Shown here piece after piece: positions 55,765 through 64,000 of a stretch of 64,000 bases of DNA. The notes under the pieces are model-generated. The model was not told where the DNA came from and did not search any database. It saw only the letters and a list, made by a program, of their open reading frames with translations. The first letter of the stretch is position 1. Every line of letters starts with the position of its first letter. This DNA comes from Eledone cirrhosa (taxonomy: Eukaryota), in NCBI GenBank assembly GCA_964016885.1, contig OZ024741.1, positions 327,174,001 through 327,238,000 on the forward strand, in the 5' to 3' direction. The position numbers and the translations under genes are program-made.

Positions 55765-58700
55765 GCACTACCAGTACCATCAACAGCACCAGCAGTACCA
55801 TCAACAGCACCACCAGTACCGTCAACAGCACCACCAGTACAATCAACAGCACCACCAGTACCATCAACAGCACCACCAGTACCATCAACAGCACCACCAG
55901 TACCATCAACAGCACCACCAGTACCATCAACAGCACCACCAGTACCATCAACAACACCACCAGTACCATCAACAACACCACCAGTACCATCAACAGCTCC
56001 ACCAGTACCATCAACAGCACCACCAGTACCATCAACAGCAGACCAGTACCATCAACAGCACCACCAGTACCATCAACAGCACCACCAGTACCATCAACAG
56101 CACCACCAGTACCATCAACAGCACCACCAGTACCATCAACAACACCACCAGTACCATCAACAACACCACCAGTACCATCAACAGCTCCACCAGTACCATC
56201 AACAGCACCACCAGTACCATCAACAGCACCACCAGTACCATCAACAGCACTATCAGTACCATCAACAGCACTATCAGTACCATCAACAGCACCACCAGTA
56301 CCATCAACACCACTATCAGTACCATCAACAGCACCACCAGTACCATCAACAGCACTATCAGTACCATCAACAGCACCACCAGTACCATCAACAGCACTAT
56401 CAGTACCATCAACAGCACCACCAGTACCATCAACAGCACTATCAGTACCATCAACAGCACCACCAGTACCATCAACAACACCACCAGTACCATCAACAAC
56501 ACCACCAGTACCATCAACAGCACTATCAGTACCATCAACAGCACTATCAGTACCATCAACAGCACCACCAGTACCATCAACAGCACCACCAGTACCATCA
56601 ACAGCACCACCAGTACCATCAACAACACCACCAGTACCATCAACAGCACTATCAGTACCATCAACAGCAGACCAGTACCATCAACAGCACCACCAGTACC
56701 ATCAACAGCACCACCAGTACCATCAACAGCACCACCAGTACCATCAACAGCACCACCAGTACCATCAACAACACCACCAGTACCATCAACAGCACTATCA
56801 GTACCATCAACAGCAGACCAGTACCATCAACAGCACCACCAGTACCATCAACAGCACCACCAGTACCATCAACAACACCACCAGTACCATCAACAACACC
56901 ACCAGTACCATCAACAGCACTATCAGTACCATCAACAGCAGACCAGTACCATCAACAGCACCACCAGTACCATCAACAGCACCACCAGTACCATCAACAA
57001 CACCACCAGTACCATCAACAACACCACCAGTACCATCAACAGCACCACCAGTACCATCAACAGCACCACCAGTACCATCAACAGCACCACCAGTACCATC
57101 AACAACACCACCAGTACTATCAACAGCACCACCAGTACCATCAACAACACCACTAGTACCATCAACAGCACTATCAGTACCATCAACAGCACTATCAGTA
57201 CCATCAACAGCACCACCAGTACCATCAACAGCACCACCAGTACCATCAACAGCACCACCAGTACCATCAACAGCACCACCAGTACCATCAACAGCACCAC
57301 CAGTACCATCAACAGCACCACCAGTACCATCAACAGCACCACCAGTACCATCAACAGCACCACCAGTACCATCAACAGCACCACCAGTACCATCAACAGC
57401 ACCACCAGTACCATCAACAGCACCACCAGTACCAACAACAGCACCACCAGTACCATCAACAGCACCACCAGTACCATCAACAGCACCACCAGTACCAACA
57501 ACAGCACCACCAGTACCATCAACAGCACTATCAGTACCATCAACAGCACCACCAGTACCATCAACAGCACCACCAGTACCATCAACAGCACCACCAGTAC
57601 CATCAACAGCACCACCAGTACCATCAACAGCACCACCAGTACCATCAACAGCACCACCAGTACCATCAACAGCACCACCAGTACCATCAACAGCACCACC
57701 AGTACCATCAACAGCACCACCAGTACCATCAACAGCACCACCAGTACCATCAACAGCACCACCAGTACCATCAACAGCACCATCAGTACCATCAACAGCA
57801 CTATCAGTACCATCAACAGCACCACCAGTACCATCAACAGCACCACCAGTACCATCAACAGCACCACCAGTACCATCAACAGCACCACCAGTACCATCAA
57901 CAGCACCATCAGTACCATCAACAGCACTATCAGTACCATCAACAGCAGACCAGTACCATCAACAGCACCACCAGTACTATCAACAACACCACCAGTACCA
58001 TCAACAGCACCACCAGTACCATCAACAGCACCACTAGTACCATCAACAGCACCACCAGTACCATCAACAGCACCACCAGTACCATCAACAGCACCATCAG
58101 TACCATCAACAGCACTATCAGTACCATCAACAGCACCACCAGTACCATCAACAGCACCACCAGTACCATCAACAGCACCACCAGTACCATCAACAGCACC
58201 ACCAGTACCATCAACAGCACCATCAGTACCATCAACAGCACTATCAGTACCATCAACAGCAGACCAGTACCATCAACAGCACCACCAGTACTATCAACAA
58301 CACCACCAGTGCCATCAACAGCACTATCAGTACCATCAACAGCACCACCAGTACCATCAACAGCACCACCAGTACCAACAACAGCACCACCAGTACCATC
58401 AACAGCACTATCAGTACCATCAACAGCACCACCAGTACCATCAACAGCACCACCAGTACCATCAACAGCACCACCAGTACCATCAACAGCACCACCAGTA
58501 CCAACAACAGCACCAGCAGTACCATCAACAGCACTATCAGTACCATCAACAGCACCACCAGTACCATCAACAGCACCACCAGTACCAACAACAACACCAC
58601 CAGTACCATCAACAGCACCACCAGTACCATCAACAGCACCACCAGTACCAACAACAGCACCACCAGTACCATCAACAGCACCACCAGTACCATCAACAGC

Positions 58701-61335
58701 ACCACCAGTACCATCAACAGCACCACCAGTACCATCAACAGCACCACCAGTACCATCAACAGCACCACCAGTACCAACAACAGCACCACCAGTACCATCA
58801 ACAGCACCACCAGTACCATCAACAGCACCACCAGTACCAACAACAGCACCACCAGTACCATCAACAGCACTATCAGTACCATCAACAGCACCACCAGTAC
58901 CATCAACAGCACCACCAGTACCATCAACAGCACCACCAGTACCATCAACAGCACCACCAGTACCAACAACAGCACCAGCAGTACCATCAACAGCACCATC
59001 AGTACCATCAACAACACCACCAGTACCATCAACAACACCACCAGTACCATCAACAGCACCATCAGTGCCATCAACAGCACCACCAGTACCACCAACAGCA
59101 CCACCAGTACCATCAACAGCACTATCAGTACCATCAACAGCACCACCAGTACCATCATCAGCACCACCAGTACCATCAACAGCACCACCAGTACCATCAA
59201 CAACACCACCAGTACCATCAACAGCACCACCAGTACCATCAACAGCACCATCAGTGCCATCAACAGCACCACCAGTACCATCAACAGCACCACCAATACC
59301 ATCAACAGCACTATCAGTACCATCAACAGCACCACCAGTACCATCAACAGCACCACCAGTACCATCAACAACACCACCAGTACCATCAACAGCACCACCA
59401 GTACCATCAACAGCACTATCAGTACCATCAACAGCACCACCAGTACCATCAACAGCACTATCAGTACCATCAACAGCAGACCAGTACCATCAACAGCACC
59501 ACCAGTACCATCAACAGCACCACCAGTAACATCAACAGCACCACCAGTACCATCAACAGCACCACCAGTACCATCAACAGCACTATCAGTACCATCAACA
59601 GCACCACCAGTACCATCATCAGCACCACCAGTACCATCAACAGCACCACCAGTACCATCAACAGCACCATCAGTACCATCAACAGCACTATCAGTACCAT
59701 CAACAGCACCACCAGTACCATCAACAGCACCACCAGTACCATCAACAGCACCACCAGTACCATCAACAGCACCACCAGTACCATCAACAGCACTATCAGT
59801 ACCATCAACAACACCACCAGTACCATCAACAGCACTATCAGTACCATCAACAACACCACCAGTACCATCAACAACACCACCAGTACCATCAACAGCACCA
59901 CCAGTACCATCAACAGCACCACCAGTACCATCAACAGCACCACCAGTACCATCAACAGCACCACCAGTACCATCAACAGCACCATCAGTACCATCAACAT
60001 CACTATCAGTACCATCAACAGCACCACCAGTACCATCAACAGCACCACCAGTACCATCAACAGCACCACCAGTACCATCAACAGCACCACCAGTACCATC
60101 AACAGCACTATCAGTACCATCAACAACACCACCAGTACCATCAACAGCACTATCAGTACCATCAACAGCACCACCAGTACCATCAACAACACCACCAGTA
60201 CCATCAACAGCACCACCAGTACCATCAACAGCACCACCAGTACCATCAACAGCACCACCAGTACCATCAACAGCACCACCAGTACCATCAACAGCACCAT
60301 CAGTACCATCAACAGCACTATCAGTACCATCAACAGCACCACCAGTACCATCAACAGCACCACCAGTACCATCAACAGCACCACCAGTACCATCAACAGC
60401 ACCACCAGTACCATCAACAGCACTATCAGTACCATCAACAACACCACCAGTACCATCAACAGCACTATCAGTACCATCAACAGCACCACCAGTACCATCA
60501 ACAGCACCACCAGTACCATCAACAGCGCCACCAGTACCATCAACAGCACCACCAGTACCATCAACAACACCACCAGTACCATCAACAACACCACCAGTAC
60601 CATCAACAACACCACCAGTACCATCAACAGCACCACCAGTACCATCAACAACACCACCAGTACCATCAACAACACCACCAGTGCCACCAACAGCACCACC
60701 AGTACCATAAACAACACCACCAGTGCCATCAACAGCACCACCAGTACCATCAACAACACCACCAGTGCCACCAACAGCACCACCAGTACCATCAACAGCA
60801 CCACCAGTACCATCAACAGCACCACCAGTACCATCAACAGCACCACCAGTACCATGAACAGCACTATCAGTACCATCAACAGCACAATCAGTACCATCAA
60901 CAGCACTATCAGTACCATCAACAGCACTATCAGTACCATCAACAGCACCACCAGTACCTTCAACAGCACCACCAGTACCATCAACAGCACCAGCAGTACA
61001 TCAACAACACCACAATTACCATCAACAGCAGCACAAGTACCATCAACAGCACTATCAGCACCATCAACAGCACCACCAGTACCATCAACAACGCTTAGTA
61101 ACATTAACAGCACCACCAGTACCATCAACAGCAGCACCAGTACCTTCAACAGCACAACCAGCACCATCAACAGTAGCACCACTACCACCAACAGCACTAT
61201 CAGTCCCATCAACAGCTCTAACAGCACGATCAACAAAACCACCAGCACCATCAACAACACTATCAGCACCCTCAACAGCAGCACCAGTACAATCAACAAC
61301 ACCACCAGTACCATCAACAGCACCACAGCACCATC
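55765..61335. repeat. 5.6-kb minisatellite of the 21-bp unit CCAGTACCATCAACAGCACCA with recurrent variants
   Basis: Roughly 260 units. Variants include ...CACTATCAG, ...ACAACACCA and a 20-bp ...CAGCAGACCAG. Confidence 0.98.
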
Positions 61336-62469
61336 AACAGCATCAACAGTACCATAAACAGCAGCACCAGTAACATTAACGGCCACAGCATTACCATTAA
61401 TAGCAAAACCAGTAATAGATTGTAAACATCAAATGCAGTAACTCTTTGTTCTTATAATCAGAGTTTTACTTCACAATACCGTGCAAGCACTCGTTGCTCT
61501 GATTTTTATGTTTGGTACTATGTTTTCTTTTCTTCTGAAAGGTTTCAATTGATTAACGTTTTAATTGAATTCTGAATGTGATTTATACACTGTATGTAAA
61601 ATGTATGTATGGACCCGTAACTTCTGGGGTGTCGTAAGTACGTGTTATGTCAAACCTGGGTACATTAAGCCCTGGAGAATCCATCCTTTTTCCATGTCTG
61701 AACACTATTGATTTCAGAACAGGAGGTAGAGAGAGTGGAGGGGGAATTATTGCTAGGGATTAAATTAGAAAATACTGGACTAAACATATTTTATCGACCT
61801 AGATAAAATGAAAGGGAAAGTTATTGAGAGTGCTGAGAAACGGAACAAACATTGCAAAATATTCTATTCGATATTCTAAGAATGCTACCAATGTGCCCCC
61901 CTTCGTATGAAATATATATCATCAATTTTATCAATATCATTGGCGGGCTTTGAACTTAGATTTCATATATGCATTAAAGACATTTCCAGTTGACCTCCTT
62001 AAACAACAACTACAACGACACTAAGAAACAAATCCTGAACATCTATCAATCTGAGAGCATTCAGCTTCCGTTATAACGAGGAGCTGTCGTAATTTACAAC
62101 GAGGCCTCTCCAGGACTAAACAAAGCAGAATACTTCGAGCGGGAAAGTGAGAGGAAAATGTTTGAACACTAGATAAAGGACGAATCACCAACAATATTAG
62201 ACTTTTGTTTTTTTAAATTGATCTGGAAACTATCAGAGGTAAAAATGTTGACATTAACAGAATTTTAAATCAGATCGCTGTATCGAATATTGCAATAGGC
62301 TTTAAATGCCAACGCTTTAACTACTAAGCCAATATTGCACCTTAGAAACATGAAGAGAAGTATTTTCAATATAAATAGCGACAACAAAAGGAAAATAAAT
62401 CTAGCACTCTTGTTGTAAATATGAAAAGTGGGCTTGCAGCAGAATATGAAAAATTATATATATATATAT

Positions 62470-63108
62470 AAATTATATATAAAATTCCTAGAGCTCTTAG
62501 ATAAACATTTCCCTAGAACACATAGATACTATAACATCTTTAATAGAAACTGTGTCAAAATTAGCTTCTCCTGCGGTCCCCCTATTAAATCCTATATCAT
62601 CAACAAAAAATCACCTAGAGAACATCAAAATTGCTCCTGTAGAATCAAAAGTGAATGCCCATTGCACGGTAAATGCAACACCAAAGCCATTGTATATGCG
62701 GCTAAAGTGACAACCATCAGCAACAACCAACCAGCCACCAGTGAATGATATGTGGGTATGACGCAAGACAAATTCAAAACGCATTATTACTCATATGTCG
62801 CATCCTTTCGACATCCAGAAAAAATATTTACAACAGCTCTGGCTAGCAGAATATGGGATTTGAAAGACCAAGGTATCCAATATAAATTGGATTGGTCAAT
62901 TTTGAACCAATCTAAAGAATATGCAAGAGGAACAAGAAAATGCACGCTCTGCATAAATGAAAAATATTGGATTTTGCAAAACCTTAAATCACCAAAGTTC
63001 TGCCTAAACACAAAGACAGAAATTTTCACCAGTTGCCCACACATGAAATCACACCTGCTTTCCAGCTCATATAAACTTAACACACTTTCAGATACTTATC
63101 CTCCATAA
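62470..63108 (+). pseudogene. PLE remnant: RT thumb, CxC-x5-CPLxGxC linker, GIY-YIG
   Basis: FLELLDKHFP, IFNRNCVKISFSC, CSCRIKSECPLHGKC, IVYAAKV..*YVGMT, CTLCINEK, CPH. ORFs 62428 and 62752 are in one frame across a single TGA. Confidence 0.9.
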
Positions 63109-64000
63109 GCTCTTATTATTCTCTTTAAGACTACCCTTTCTGATTTACTTTCATTTTTAACCTTATTATTAATTTCATTTTTATTTTCATTTTTATTTTT
63201 ATTTTTATTTTTATTTTTATTTTTACTTCACATCCACCACTACCCCCCCCCCTCCTTTTATTCTCCGATTCACTTACCTGATATCTTCACTTTCCACTTT
63301 TTACTTCCCTATTTTCTTCACTATCTTCTTAAACAGTCACTTGCGTTTTCCACTCCAGATATTTTCTGTTATTTCGCACCCAATTTTATATTTTTATATT
63401 TGTACTCACTTATTCACAAGGCTATTTTTACACCCTGTATCTATGTGTCTGAGCGTCTTTATGTGTGTGTACTTTCTGTATATGTACACGAACGCCTCCG
63501 TATGTGCGCGCGCGTGCGTGTATATATATATATGTGTATGTGTGTGTTTATATCTGTGTTTTTACATCTATGTTTTTTTACATTCTCATTTTTATGTGTG
63601 TGCATGTAAGCGGGTCAACGTGCGTGAGTGTATGTATGTGTGTGTGTGTGTGTGTACGTACTGAATGTATGGATGTGTAAGTGTGCGTATGTATATATGT
63701 ATGTATGTGTATGTGTGTATACAGTTGCGTACGTACGCGTGATTAGATATACATGGGGCGAGGTGTATGTATATATGTGCATCCTGTGTGCGTATGTGTA
63801 CTTGCATACGCCTTTCTTTGCACGTTTTGCGTGGATATATATATTTTTATACATATACGTTTCTTATAGATATATGTGTGTATGTACGCGTCTACCTTGT
63901 TTGTTTTCTTTTCTTTACTTTGCAATTTTTTCTTTCTAAATTATTGTTCCATTTTTATAAATATAACGAGAATGATACTTTCTTTTTACTATTACAGTCC

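Noticed and set aside
55765-61335. CRISPR-like array
   Set aside because: The units are head-to-tail with no unique spacers, and the context is eukaryotic with no cas genes.

Overview
AT-rich animal genomic DNA with no recognisable host gene. The microsatellite density and SINE types suggest an octopus-like cephalopod, which is an inference. The window is almost entirely repeats: (1) many decayed Penelope-like elements (PLEs) with RT and GIY-YIG remnants, including one near-full-length copy with a 2.6-kb inverted partner; (2) about ten short non-coding fold-back (inverted-repeat) elements, mostly embedded in (TA)n arrays; (3) about 16 type-I hammerhead ribozyme (HHR) motifs read directly from the sequence on both strands, from roughly nine sequence families, some degenerate, two with a compensatory U3-A8 core; (4) two R4/Dong-like restriction-endonuclease LINEs plus a 5' fragment, all at (TATG)n arrays, next to three copies of a 608-bp non-coding element with an (ATGT)n tail; (5) more than ten tRNA-derived SINE copies; (6) trinucleotide fields and a 5.6-kb 21-bp minisatellite. 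Most ORFs in the track are microsatellite translations. All motif and alignment calls were made by eye, and boundaries are approximate.
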